From NCBI RefSeq assembly GCF_009914755.1, contig NC_060930.1: 64,000 nt of DNA; one strand, 5' to 3'. A program made the position numbers and the translations under genes. Shown here piece after piece: positions 1-14,677 of the stretch (position 1 is the first letter of the stretch; every line of letters begins with the position of its first letter). This stretch comes from the human T2T-CHM13v2.0 reference genome, Homo sapiens. The notes beneath the pieces are model-generated. The model was given only the letters and a program-made list of their open reading frames with translations. It made no database searches and was not told the origin of the DNA.

Positions 1-1715
1 TTGAATAGTCTTAATTTATAGGGGTATAAACATGGAACAATTTTATTCTTCCAATAACTTCCATCAACTCTGATCTCTCATCCACCTCTCACCCTTTTTC
101 TACTGAAGGACAGTCATCTTTAGCGACTGCTCATTTTGAATCTATAAACTTATACATTTCTCTGTTACCTTCAGTTATTAGAAATGCCATTCTTGCTCTT
201 AAGACTCAATCCTCTTCATTTTAAGACTAAGTATCACAATGACTGTTTAAGCCCTAGACAACCTTTTGCATTGTTTCCCATAAGCATGGAAAATCTGCTT
301 ATCTTTGCCATGCTGCTTTTGACTCACCTTTGTTATTTGTTCCCAGTCCCTTTCTCTTATGTCCTGACAGAGTTCAGCACATTGGCCTCAGTGACTTTCA
401 TGCAAGAGACAGTAACCCACTAGTCCCTGAGTTAAAGAGGAGAGAGAGAGTGGTTGACTATCGCCAATTTTATAAGAACAATCTGTCTCTTACAAAGACA
501 AGAAACAGAGAAGAATTGCTCTTTTAAAAGCCCTACTTTTGGAAATGTTCGCCTACTCATTTTGTTTTTTCTGGCTCCAGCAGCTCCCAAGAATCACAAA
601 CCAAGAACAAAGCCCACTGATAAATTTTCCCTAGAGAAATCAGTAGTTTTATTAACAATGACTTAATGGCTTTGCAATTTCTTTGAAATTCTTATCCACC
701 TTTAATAAAAAAAATTCACAATTCATTGATAATATAGGTAACTTCTTAGGTTATCTTGGAATCAATATACATTCAGCTATAATATTGAGAGCAATAAGTG
801 TGAGGATATATAGTATCCTTAGTCATCAAAGGGAGATTAAATATATTTTTATTAAAATTTATCATTAAGGTCAAGGTAGCAAAAAATAAAGAAAAAGTTT
901 CAGTAAATGTTAAGAATCAAAATGATGTTTTGTTAATCATCATAGTCCATACGTTCCAATTAATTAAAACTTCACTGTATTACATTCTGCAGAGGATTTC
1001 AAAGGAATATAAACCACCATCTCTGAATGCTAAAAGCTCCCAGGGCAATGCATAGGATCCCCAAAAGCATCCTTCTGAACAAATTAGATTCATTGTTCCT
1101 AATCACATATACTAAGGTGAGTTATTAAGGAATAAACAAACTGATGGTACCAACCCCTCCAGCTCCATCCCAGAAAAGAACTGGCTTTGAATATCTAAAG
1201 AATTTAAGTTGGCCTTACACAACCACTGACTGTGGATAAGAAGAGGAAGCGGGGAGGCACTGAAAAGTTTGAGCTTTTCCAAAACTTCAGGAGGAAATGA
1301 ATTTTTAACTGTATTTTAAGCAGTTTTTTTATTTCTAATTTTTTTACTTTGTATAATTAACTGCCTTATTATTTCACATATTGATTGTTAGAGTTTCAAA
1401 ATTGTACTTATTTTTTAAAAAGTTCCATTGTCTCCTATTTAGAAATGTTTATTCTGAATACATCCAATGTGATATTTATACTACCAGTCCTATTTACTCA
1501 CATCCTTTCTCTCTCTCTTATTTGACTAGTTTTTCTTTTAAATCATTCTTTATAACTTCGCTGTGTGTGTAGTTTTGTAAACAGCATATGAGAAAGTTTT
1601 AATTAGTTAGCTCTAATTATATAATATTTTGACTGATCAAGTTTAAAGAAATAGCCTTACCTTAAGTTAATTATTTCATTTTAGATGGTATTTATCTTTG
1701 GCTTCCCCTTATTTT

Positions 1716-2019
<304 letters not shown>

Positions 2020-2727
2020 TGGCTTCCCCTTATTTTCACTGGTTGGTGCATTTTTCCCATTGCTGCTTTGAAAGGTTTTCTGTAATCGATTTCATTAGTA
2101 GTCACCTTCCCTTTATCTTCTCTCAAAATCAGACAAATATTTCTTTACTATAATTAAAAATGAAGTATCCTTTATTCTTCCAAATGACTAATTTAAGGCC
2201 TCTGGGATACTTTCATTGACCCTTTTCTTTCCTTCTCTTTTTCTTTTCATCCTCCAATCTATTTAGAAAGCCTGTTATATCTCTGTACCTTCCTTCATCC
2301 TCCAGCTCTTAGTTTTGCCTAAAATGGTTCATTATCCAAATGCATCCCTCACCACACCATTTTTGTTTCAAGTCCTATTTAGCACCGATATTACACATTC
2401 CTAGAAAGAGTACGCTTAGGTATGTATAGTTAATTGTACTTTTGTAGAATATATATTTTCTTTCTCACAACTGTTTCTGTTCCTTTTCAATTTTTCCTAT
2501 GTCATTTATTTTCTTAAGTGATTATATACAGAATTCTTGTACATCCTAGTATTTTGTCCTGCAAGTGAATAATACCTTGCAGAATTTGTAGGGATGGTCA
2601 TTTTCTCTCAGTGGTTAATACATTCTATTTATCTGTGTCTCAGCATCCAGTGATGTAGATCACAAATTTATAACATGCCTGATGTTTATCTTATGTAGCT
2701 AATTTGTTAAATTAGCTTATGAATTCA

Positions 2728-3284
2728 TGTTCTATTCACTATGGTGGCATAACAAACCACTCCAAAACAAAACAACAGCATGTCTTCTTGTGCTGTTCTC
2801 CATTTTGCACAAGACTCCGCAGGTATAGCCCAATTTGTCTCCATTGGGTGGTGTCTGGGGCTTATGGAAGGCTGGGGGCTGGAATCATCTGAAGGCTTAC
2901 TCACTGAACTGTTGATGCTGGGAAGTTCATAAGTCAAAAACTCAAACAGGAGTCCAGCAGAGCCCCTCCTCAGGCATCTTTTTCCTCCTTATGGGCATTC
3001 TCCATATGGTTACCCTAGCATGGCTCATATGGAGTCAGGATAGCTAGACTTCTTAATTTCAAAAGCACAAGTTCTGAGAGAGAGAGAGGCCAAGCAGGAG
3101 TTAGATGGCCTTTTATGATCTAGACTGCAAAACCACACAATGCCACTCTCAATTCACTCTAATAATTAGAAACAAGTTTCTAAGGTCAGCCTGCATTCCT
3201 ACATTCATGAAGAAGAAAATTAGGCCCCACCTGTTAATGAGAGAAATGCCAAATAATTTCTAGAAATATTTTATATCCTTCACA
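2728..3284 (-). mobile_element. MLT1-family (ERVL-MaLR) solo LTR, old
   Basis: Begins tgttctattcactatggtggcataacaaaccactccaaaac, the reverse complement of the typical MLT1 3' end; ends ...ttcaca. Confidence 0.65.
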
Positions 3285-3689
3285 TCCTGCTAAAAGAGGA
3301 AGAAGATAATGACAACGATGACGATGGTGATATTTAAGGAATATCACAATCTATGTACAGTTACTTTCAAACTGCAGGCTTAGAACTATATTTGGCTTAG
3401 GGAAAATTACCTTCATTGTGTGTTTAATTATTATCTCATTCATGTGTTTTTTATTTTGTTCTTTTGATAACTCTGATGGATCCACTATCTAGATTTCTTA
3501 TCTTTTGCCTTGTGATTTGTCATCTATGTATATTTTTGTCTCACTATTTCAAGATTATTTTTTTGCACTTCATATGTTAGGCCACTAATTGGGAATCAAA
3601 ATTAATTGCTTAGTAGGGAATCATGTTTTGGGTTTTGGAAAGTTCTTTAAGTTCTATACGTGGATCTGAATCACTGAAGTGATTTATGT

Positions 3690-3850
3690 ACATATAAAAA
3701 AAATTTTAAATATATTAAATATATACATTTATATTTATGTTTAATATATTAAATGTATTTATATACATTTATATGTTTATATATTTAATATATTAAATAT
3801 AGATTTGTATACATTTATATTTAGTATATAGAGCTAGATAGATAGATATT
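3690..3850. repeat. AT-rich low-complexity / degenerate (TA)n tract
   Basis: Repeated atatattaaat and atatacatttat units. Confidence 0.8.
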
Positions 3851-5696
3851 TTTATTCATGCTTTCATATGCCTCCCATACAATCTTTATTTTCACTGGTT
3901 GTATGTAGTCTGTTCTATGTAAATTTCTTTACTCTTAAAAATGGCATTATAATGTGTCACTTTTTTTCTCTACAGGCTTTCAAGCACATCCTAGATGATA
4001 ACCATTTCCCAGGTTTTGGAAAGCAAAATGTTCTGTATGCCTGGGGCTTGTCAGTGTCAACGCAGCAGACTACCATTTCCCTGCTGAGGGACCTGCAGTA
4101 AGTTCCACTGTTCCCTGATGTTCTTTTCTGTCCATATCTAGGCGATGAAAACACCCAGCCACTGGCTCCTTCTTGGTCTCTTGGCAGCCAAAGAGGCAAG
4201 ACACTTCTTCATGAGGAAAGTAGGGGGAAATGCAAACTTTCCTCATCAGGAGTCCACAAACGTCTATGGGCAAAACTCTTCCTGATATTTAATTTTCCAT
4301 CTTGTCATCTAGAGCATCTTGAAAGCTGATATTCTAGTATTCATACAGTGCTCAAACCATTCTTTTTCTTTCTTGTTTTTTTTTTTTAGGTTTAACCTTA
4401 AAAAATACTAAACAAAAATATTACTTTGGGACATAATCCTATTTTATATCCATAATAAAAAATATTCTCGTCACTACATACCTTCTCATAATCTCCCTTC
4501 TCAATCCCAATCTCATGAATCTTAACTCCCAACTGTCGTCAAGTTACGCAGACATTTTAGTTGCCAGCCTAAATGAAGCTGCATATCTGTGATAGGATAG
4601 TGTCCTTGAAACTGTCCATACTACTGAGTTCCCTACCTTTCTAAGAAAGAGCTCTATTAGTATTGAATAATTTATTTCTGCTGCTAACCCAGCAATTTTA
4701 GCCTTTTTGCAATTTCAGTATTTTCGCTGACACATTGAAATTCACAGGGACCAGCCCTTTTCTTTTGATGATTCAAAAATCATGTCTTGGATACGGCAAA
4801 ATGCTGCAATTAAAAAAAAAACATACAAAGCAATAATTTTCTTTTAACTGCTTAAAATGGTTTATTTGGGAAAAACACAAACCACTACTGGGATTTTTTT
4901 CTTTTAGAATTTCAAATTATGTTAGAAACAAGCTGCAAATAGTCTCTAAAGAAGATTGAAAAATTCGATGCTAACTTCATTTCAGAAAGAACAAGCAAAG
5001 AAGTAGACCTGAGATTTAAAAATTTAAGGTAAAATTATAAGAGGTTTTAGCAATCTCCTCCCCAAAAAGTTATGATCATATTTCTTTCAACAACAACAAA
5101 ACAGTCACGGGGTGGGAGGGTCCAGTTGCTGATACATTACATTTTGTAACCTCCCTCTTTCTCCTATTTAAAAAGTAAACAAGTCCAAAGGTAAATTAAG
5201 TTTCAAAGATTTACTTTTCTTAAGAGTCTCTGACAGCTGAAACAAAGAAAGCTGTTGCTGTGTAAGGCCAAATCACAGGGAAGGATTTTAATTCTAAGCG
5301 AGCCTGAGGCAGAGTCATTCTTCAATGGGATATACTCCCAGATAAGAATCATAGACACTTAACAATAATCACTTCTTTCATGCCTGGGAATAAATGTGTG
5401 GTTACTATAGGTTTTTGGGAAAAGTGTCCATATACTTAATTTGTTTCTTTAAATCTTATTCTGAGATTTTTTAGTAACTTCTAAACATAATGTTCCTTAA
5501 TACTATTTTGCTAAGTGTCTTTTCCTACAGGCTTATGTGTGTATTTGACAGAATAATTCATAGGAAAGATTGCTCTTTGATCCTAGTAGCTAATTATATC
5601 TTTTGAATGAAGCCTGGTGATCCAGATTATGTGGATAAATGACAGGCAAAAAGCCCCACGTGCTGAATTTGCACCTTAAACAGAAACCAAACATGA

Positions 5697-5810
5697 TGCA
5701 TTTATTCATGTAACAAGTATTTATTTAGCTACTACTCTGAACTAGACACTGCTGAGCATTAGCAATTCAAAACATTGTCCCCTTTCTCAAACATCACCAT
5801 TGTCTGCCCT
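5697..5810 (-). mobile_element. L2 3'-end relic
   Basis: catttattcatgtaacaagtatttatttagctactactctgaactagacactg resembles a reversed L2 3' terminus. Confidence 0.5.
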
Positions 5811-5948
5811 GAAGGCTATGTTGCAGGTAGTGTAAAATTCAGGTATCTCTCTGTAGCTTAATAATCTTAAGCATATTTCTATATTTAGGAATGGTAAGTG
5901 AGAATATTACCTTTTAATAATAAACCTTTAATTTTGAAATGGCTTTTT

Positions 5949-7030
<1,082 letters not shown>

Positions 7031-7654
7031 TTACAAATTTTTTGATGTTATATTACCATTTGATATGAGAAAGTATACTCAGAACCATTTTAACAATAAA
7101 TTTATCATCTTAAAAGGCATAGGATTGGCTTGTGTTTTCAACATAGAAGACCACTAACTTATATCCTTTTCCTAAACAAGTATAGTTTTAATATTTATAT
7201 TCCTAGCAAGGATAGGCTGGCCTTCACTCTCCATAGCATTTGAAGATTCACAATACTCCTCTAATCTAATCAAGTCAGTAGAAAAACAACTAAACATCAT
7301 ACTTACATATTGTCATTGCTGTTGTTGTTCTTTAAGTTATTACATATAGATAACTATATAATTTATCTTCTTGACTCTCGCTTTTGAGAGTGAACGAGAG
7401 CACTATTTACAATCATATCGAAACAAGAGGAACACACTTTCTCCCTACAGAAAGAACAACTACATAATTGACTGAATTGTAAACTTTTCAAAAGATTGCC
7501 TTGAGTCATACAATCAAGGGTTGTGACCATAAAAAGCAATAAAGGGAGTGGGCCAGAAGCATCTCAGAAAATTTAGGGAAATTCAGAACTCAGGTGATTT
7601 TGAGGCATGTGGGTGAAGGACCACGCTTTAAGACACACAGATCAATGTAGAGCC

Positions 7655-8025
7655 ATGGTCTCAAACTGGTATCTCCCAGGCCATACTAAGCCCACAAATG
7701 GGCTTGGTTTGGCCACTAGTATTCAAACAGCATTGTTTTGATTCCCATTTTCAACAACTGAAATTTTTCACGTAAAAAATCCAAGTTCCTGACATTTTTT
7801 GAAAAATTTTTTGAAAACTGAGTTGACCCTGGGCTGTCAGCCCATGATGTGGCTACTGCCAATGGGAGCTAAGTGGTTAGTGCTTCCCTTTATAGTGTCC
7901 AGGATGCTCCATTCCCAGTGTTCCTCTCACACTGTGACTCAGACTTAATACCAGTCTACTGACTCAGGCTGCTTGCTTATTGATTTTCCCAAACGACCTC
8001 TATAAGCATTTTAGTTTCTGATCTT
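7655..8025 (-). mobile_element. hAT-Charlie non-autonomous element, MER102-like
   Basis: Termini catggtctcaaactgg... and ...gcattttagtttctgatc resemble MER102-type ends. Confidence 0.45.
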
Positions 8026-8280
8026 CATCTTGCATTCATGCATGAAAGTCTTTAAGATAAGGAAGCTGGAGATGAGATTGGGTGTCTCTCTGATTCATTT
8101 CCCTTGCAGATTTGATATCAGTGCTCATCCTGAGGAAAGAGGAACTTTGTAGGTATATCAAAGACTTGGGAGCCAACAGTTTGAATTATGTTATATGGCC
8201 ACCCAGGGAAAGATTTTTTCACATCCTGAATGCATATTTTACCAGATAACTCACTCTCTCCATTTTTATTTTCATCTAGA

Positions 8281-8462
8281 GCAGTGGATCTCAACCTGAA
8301 ATCCACATTAAAATCACTTGAAGAGCCTTCTTAAAAATATTTATGCCTATGTTTATTAACAAATTAATTAAATCAAAATATTTGTTAGTAGGTCCTAAGC
8401 ATCAGAGCATCTTTAAAGCTCCCCAGTTTGATTTAACATCCAGCCAGTATGGATACCCATTG
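8281..8462. mobile_element. MER5-type hAT-Charlie MITE
   Basis: cagtggatctcaacctg...cattaaaatcacttg...aagctccccag...cccattg flanked by ctaga/ttaga. Confidence 0.65.
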
Positions 8463-9926
8463 ATTTAGATACCCTTTATATCTGAAAAAAAATGAAAACA
8501 CAATCTTTTAGAAACTTTTCTGTTGCCCAGATCCACCACTGCTCCAAACAAGGCAGTATTCTCATCTGCTGGCGAGGAGAGACCAGGAAGTCATTACAGC
8601 TACATCTACACTTTAGCATTTCACATCTTGTCCAGTGTCTTTATTCCTTTCTGCACAATAGTTTCAATATCTGCCCTTTTTTTTTTCTTATTCTTCAGGT
8701 CATACAGTCCATCTGCCATTCACACTGCAAACTACCCATGACCCCACTGAATCCTATTTCACTTCTGGATATGATGGACAATCCTAAATAATCCTGCGGT
8801 CTATTTAATTTTCCTACCCCAATCCTTAAAGTGACCTTTGATTGTTCTTAGCATAAAAATGAAGTGAGGCACAAACAACTTTTAAGTCCTACAGTAGTTC
8901 TCCTAGCACTAACATCTCTTATTAAAAACCTGACTTTCCTATCTACCCAGAAACTCCTATTCACCCTTTTACATTAACGTTTTGTAAAAATGTTTGCCTG
9001 TTGGCAAATGCTTGACTATTTTAAATATCTTCACAAATTTAATTATATCAGAACATCTCAGGGAAATACAATCAAATTTTCATAATTTTAAATTTTAATC
9101 TATTTTAAAGGCAAGATTTGCTCTTAAATTTAGAAAATGATAGAATAATATACTGTTTAATATCTCATTCAATTGCAAAACAGCTGGATTATGCCCCATG
9201 GTCCTTACTCTGGAAAACACGAATAGATCCTCTAAGCCTCTAGATTTCCCAGGATATATGATCTATCTCTGAAAGACATGGAATATCATTTTCCTTTCAC
9301 TCCAAACAGTTGGAGAATTACAGGGTCTAGCATAGGATTAACACCTCTGGTGGAGGTCATGCATGAAAATTAAAATACCATTTTTCATTGTGCTGTATTA
9401 TGCATTGCTACTGAAGCTGCAGAGACGTTCTCATTACCTCTCTTCAAAAACACTGTAAATTTTGTTAATGTTAGCACATCCTGCTATGAATGCCAATGCA
9501 TTACGTGATATTTTTACACTCTTAATTTTTTCCCTTTCCTAGAATAAAGGGCAAATGAATCAAGGCTTGTCCTACATATTATGACCCTGATCTAAATGTC
9601 CTTTCTTTAGAAAATGGTCTGCGTATGTATAAGCATTAATCTGGAAAATATTTCTTTCCTCACTACTTTTACAAATGCCACTGATTCAGAAATGAAGCTG
9701 AGGACATTTATGTACATTTTAATTAGACTAAATCATGAATTGGTGAGTGGCCATCTGCTTTGTGCCCAAGGACATTGTCTCAGTTGACAGTTTGTGTCCA
9801 AGGACATTATCTTAGTTGATTATACTAATCTGAATCCAAAACTTTTACCTGCCAATTCTAAGAATATCAAAGATTCTGGGTTAATACATTTATTTACTTA
9901 TTTATTATTGAAAGATAGAGTCTATT

Positions 9927-10100
9927 TGCATTACAAATGGAAGATGTGGTATGGGTCAAGTGTATGAAATCAATATCCAAGGCCACACAAGGATTAATCT
10001 TCATTATTCCTGTAAATATACTTAGTCTGCAGCAGTAGCATGGACTATTCAGGTTATTTATCTACTTTTCTAATTTTTATTTTAGATTCAGGGGGTACAT
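9927..10100 (+). repeat. Direct repeat copy 1 (~174 bp: unique flank plus L1 3' terminus)
   Basis: Aligns colinearly with 10815-10989, e.g. shared aatcttcattattcctgtaaatatacttagt. Confidence 0.9.
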
Positions 10101-10775
10101 GGGCAAGTTTCTTAAAAGGGCATATTCTGTGATGCTGAGGATTGGGATATAATTGAACCCATCACCCAGGTAGTGAGCCTAGTACCCAAAGGTAGATCTT
10201 TGACCCTTCACCTCCTCTTTTCCCTCCCTTTCTTGTAGTCCACAGTGTCTATCGTTCCCATCTTTATGTCAATGGGCACCCAATGTTTAGCTACCACTTA
10301 TAAGTGAACACATGAAGTATTTGGTTTTTTGGTTCTGTGTTAGTTCACTTAGGATAATGGCCTCTAGCTGCATCCATGCTGCTGCAAAGGACATGATCTT
10401 GTTCTTTCTTATGGCTGCACAGTATTCCAAGGTGTATATGTACTACATTTGCTTTAACCAATCCAACTATTTATGAGTACTTGGGTTGATTCTATGTCTT
10501 TGTTATCGTGAATAATGCTGAGATGAATATGTAGATCCATGTGCCTTTTTGGTAGAACGATTTATGTTCCCAAAGGGTAAATACTCAATAATGGGATTGC
10601 TAGGTCAAAAGGTAGTTTGTTCTATTTTTAGTTCTTGAGAAAACTCCAAACTGCTTTCTATAGTGGCCGAACTACTTTACATTCTGACCAACAATGTATA
10701 TGCATTCCATTTTCTCCATAGTATTGCCAACATCTGTTTTTTTTAACTTTTTAAAAATAGTTATTATGACTCTTG
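10055..10775 (-). mobile_element. L1 3' end (old primate, L1PA13-16/L1PB-like)
   Basis: ttttagattcagggggtacatg reversed terminus, 3'UTR and ORF2 C-terminal sequence. Confidence 0.85.
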
Positions 10776-10814
10776 TTAAAGTCATTTTAAACTTAATATG
10801 ACTATACAAACTTC

Positions 10815-10989
10815 TGCATAACAAATGGAATATATGGTATGGGTAAATTGCATGAAATTGATATCCAATGCCACACAACGATGAATCTTCATTATTCCTG
10901 TAAATATACTTAGTTTGCAGCAGTAACATGAACTATTCAGGTTTTTTATCTATTTTTCACATTTTTATTTTAGATTCAGGGGATACCTG
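10815..10989 (+). repeat. Direct repeat copy 2, followed by a fold-back of the L1 3' terminus
   Basis: Copy of 9927-10100; inverted arms at 10961-10986 and 10991-11016. Confidence 0.9.
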
Positions 10990-11029
10990 TGTACCCCCTG
11001 AACCTAATATAAAAATAGCAACCCTTTTT

Positions 11030-13709
11030 TTAAGGCCGGGCTGGTGGTAACAAAGTCCCTTTGTGTTTGCTTGTCTGGAAAATATTTTATTTCTCTTTTG
11101 CTTATGAAGCTTAGTCTGGTAGGATATGAAATTCTGAATTGGAATATCTTTCCTTTAAGCGTGCTGAAAATAGGCCCCTAATCTCTTTTGGCTTGTAAGG
11201 TTTCTGCTGAGAAGTCCACTATTAGCCTTATGGGGTTCCCTTTGTCAGTTATCTAACCCTTTTCTCAAACTGCCTTTAATGTTTTTTTTCTTTTTCATTG
11301 ACCTTAAAGTCTGTTGACTATGTGTCTTGAGGGTAGTCATCTTGTATAGTATCTCACAGAGCTTCTCTGAATTTCTTTACTTTCCATGTCAACCTCTCTA
11401 GCATGATTGGGGAAATTTTCTTGTATTATATCTTCAAATATGTTTTCCAAGTTGCTTACTGTCTCACACACACTCTGTCCCTCTCTCTCAAGAATGCCAA
11501 TGAGTCATAGGTTTGCTCTTTTTACATAATTCCATATTTTTGGAAGTTTTGTTCATTTTTTAAAAATTTGTTTCCCTTTATTTTTGTCTAATTTATTTGA
11601 AGGATTTGTCTACAAGCTCTGAAATTATTTCCTCCACTTATTCTGCTCTTTTGTTAAGGCTTCCAGCTGTATTTCAGAAATTCCTGTTGTCTATTTTTCA
11701 ATTCCAGAAATTCAATTTGGTTCTTTCTTAAAATGGTTATGTCATCTTTCAACTCTTAGATCATTTTACTGGCTTCCCTGAATTGTGTTTCAACTTTCAT
11801 TTGCATCTCACTGAGCTTCCTTGTTATTCAGATTCTGAATTCCATATCTGTCATTTCAACTATTTCAATATGGTTAAGATCCATTGCTAGGGAGCTAGTG
11901 CGATTCTTTGGAGGTAAGAAACATTCTGACTTTTTGAGTTGCTGAAGTTCTTGTACTGATTCCTTCTCATCTGAGAGAGCTGGTGTTTCTTTATTTTTTT
12001 GAAGTTGCTGTAATTTGGATGGGGAATTTTGTTGTTACATTCCTTTTCCCTTGAGGGTTTGACTGTGTTATATGTTATGTGTAGTTGATTGGCTTTCTTT
12101 CTGAATGCTTTCAAAAGTCCAAGGCTCTGTACAAGTTCCTTAGTTGTGGTTAGTTTCCTGTATTGAGTTGCACAGGTAATGCATGTTGAAGGAATTTATT
12201 TTTGTTTAGTGGTGTAATTTGGGCTGTGATCCTGTAGATGATGCTTAAGAGTGAGGGCTGGCAGATAGAATCTTAGCCATGCACCTCTTGCATTTCAGTG
12301 TATCCACAGCAGGCCTCTGGGGAGGGGGAAGATAGGAGTGAGGCAAGGAATCATTCCCTCACCGAGTCCATTTCCAGGCCTTAGGGGAGTCTCTTTCAAT
12401 TGCTGGCACCCTGCCTATGTTTCCTTAGCTCCAAGGGGAGCCCTGACAGGCTGCACTCCCTATCCCCCACCCTTAGGGGAAGCTCAATCCAAAGTTTAAG
12501 TCACCAGAAGACCTGCCACACCATGGGGACCCACTGGTCCTCTGAGATTGGCAGAGTCAAAGCTGGCTGTGGGACTATATGTCTACAGGTGGTCTGGTGA
12601 TGCAGTGGGTCAAGGGCAAAGGATCCATGGACAGTGTTGGCAGCACCACAGGTGTGCAGCTGATGTAGTGCTGCACAGCTCATGCTCCCCTGACTGGGTT
12701 TCTGTCCATCTAATCTCCCTCAGGATCAGGCCCAATAAGCTAGTTTTGTCCCAAACCTTCTTAGTCCAGATTACTGGGCTGTTCCATGTATTCTGGGCCC
12801 TAGAGCCCCAGGCAGAATCTGTGGCTGGTCAACAGGCTGTACGCTCCCTATACCAGTCTTGTAGAGGGAGAGATGCCCATCTCCCATGCCAGCACATAAA
12901 CCTATGCATAACTTTTCTCAGTGTTTTGAGAGTGGGTGTTCCTTCCCCACTCAAGCTGAGGCCACAGATCCCAGCTTGATAACTCAGGATTCTGTGCTCA
13001 AACCCAAGGGATAGGGGGTTGGGGGTAGGACCTGTCAAACAGCGGCTGTGCTGGAGGGCCTTCACTGTTTCCAGGCCACTGGCAAAACACTCAGGCAGAG
13101 TGGCTGTGCTGTGTGCCCCCTCCTATGGGAGCAGCCAAGCAGGGTCCTTGTCAGGGCACACACAGATCAGATGCACCCTTGTCCTATAGGAAGGGCAGTC
13201 CTGCTTTCTCTCAGCCTGGCAGTCAGCGGGGTCAGAGTTGCTCAGAGCAAGATGATGAGTCTTGGGCGATGGGCGCCTATGGTTGTGTGTTGCTGTAACT
13301 GCCCCATGGACAAAACCTTCTGGGTTCCCTGCAGGTTCAAGCTCTGCTTCTGGCTACTCTCTGATCAGTTCCCCCTGCTAATTTATATGTCCATGGGGGT
13401 CATGAGATCCTTTGTAGCTAGGACCCCAGATGCCCAAGGTGAGAGTGTGGTGCCCTGGAATTCCTTCACTAACCCCTTCTTTAGCACTTGTTCAGGACTG
13501 GGAGCCAGTCCTGGTGCTCTGCAACTCCATGTAAGCTTCCCAGTTGCCTCCCTCTTCAACCTCGGTGTCTGTGTTGCCTCTGTCAATTTCAGTGTTTTCT
13601 CTCAAAAGATCTGTCTGAAGTGTGATGGTTTACTTGATATAATTTGGTTTCTCTTGGTGGGAGAGTCATTCTCTGGCTGTGTCTAGTCAGTCATCTTCGT
13701 CCCTCCCCC
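11030..13709 (-). mobile_element. L1 5'UTR plus ORF1 (old primate), ORF2 absent
   Basis: Reverse complement starts gggggagggacgaagatgactgactagac (L1 5' start); ORF1-like peptides (HQLSQMRRNQYKN); ends at the FVTT..AL region near the ORF1 C-terminus. Confidence 0.85.
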
Positions 13710-14677
13710 TTAAAGAGTGTGTTTAAATTGAACTATTTTAGTTTTTGGTTTTAGTCTTAATTTCACCCAAAATTTCAAGAAAATAGAAGGCAACTCTCCG
13801 TATCCTATGCAGGGTGCTAAATCAAGATTTGAAAAGAATGTTTCTAAAATATTTTTGCAATTATTTTTTCTCATCCACATTAAGGGTCTAAAGATTTGGG
13901 ATAAAAGGATAAGTACACTTTGAATCTCACCAGGGCAAAAGGCAGGCTGGGGTGTGTTTTCCTCATCTCTAAGGGAAAGGATTCAGTGAAACCACAGGAA
14001 GAGCTTGTATTGTGATACCTGGAGCTGTGGCTGACAGTAGGCTGATACTGGCTCATACATGAGAACCTAAAGGAAAATCACTGTAGCTACTCAGAGAGGC
14101 ATATTAGGATTAGCTTTCACTTCAAACCTTTGTCAGGGATAAGAATATATGTGTTCCCCATGTACAAAATGTGCTTATAGCATGATAAAATTATGCTCAT
14201 ATGCATTGCTCTCCAAAGGGACCACCTAGAATGGTACAAAGAACTCAGCAGAAAATAGCTTGGAGTGGGCCATGGTTTGCCTACTGCTAAAGAGATAGGT
14301 ACAGAAAACAATTCAACCTGTGGAGTCTCCCATGACTAGGGAAGCTTCAAGTTAGAAACTGATATCAAGAGACGAATTCCCAAAGTGTCTTTTAAGTGCC
14401 TTACTGAAACACTCATCAAGGCCAGAAGGTCCCAGGGCAGATCATTATGTCCTGGAAAAACTCATATGTGTTTCATCCTTTACCTCCATTGCCTCTCCAC
14501 TGCTCCCCTGCCACCATGTTCAAACAAAGAAGCCAGAAGCAGCCTTTTGCATGGGAAGGAGAAGAGGGCAAATGGAGGAGGAGATTTCTGATCGTTTTTT
14601 TCTCAGAAAGGTAGTCTTCAAAAGGCCTGCCCTAGAGAGAGAGAGGGGCTGCAAATTAAAAAGCTATAGGCATTTGA

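Noticed and set aside
12400-13686. ORFs of 143 and 212 aa as host genes
   Set aside because: They lie antisense within an old L1 5'UTR and show no recognisable domain.
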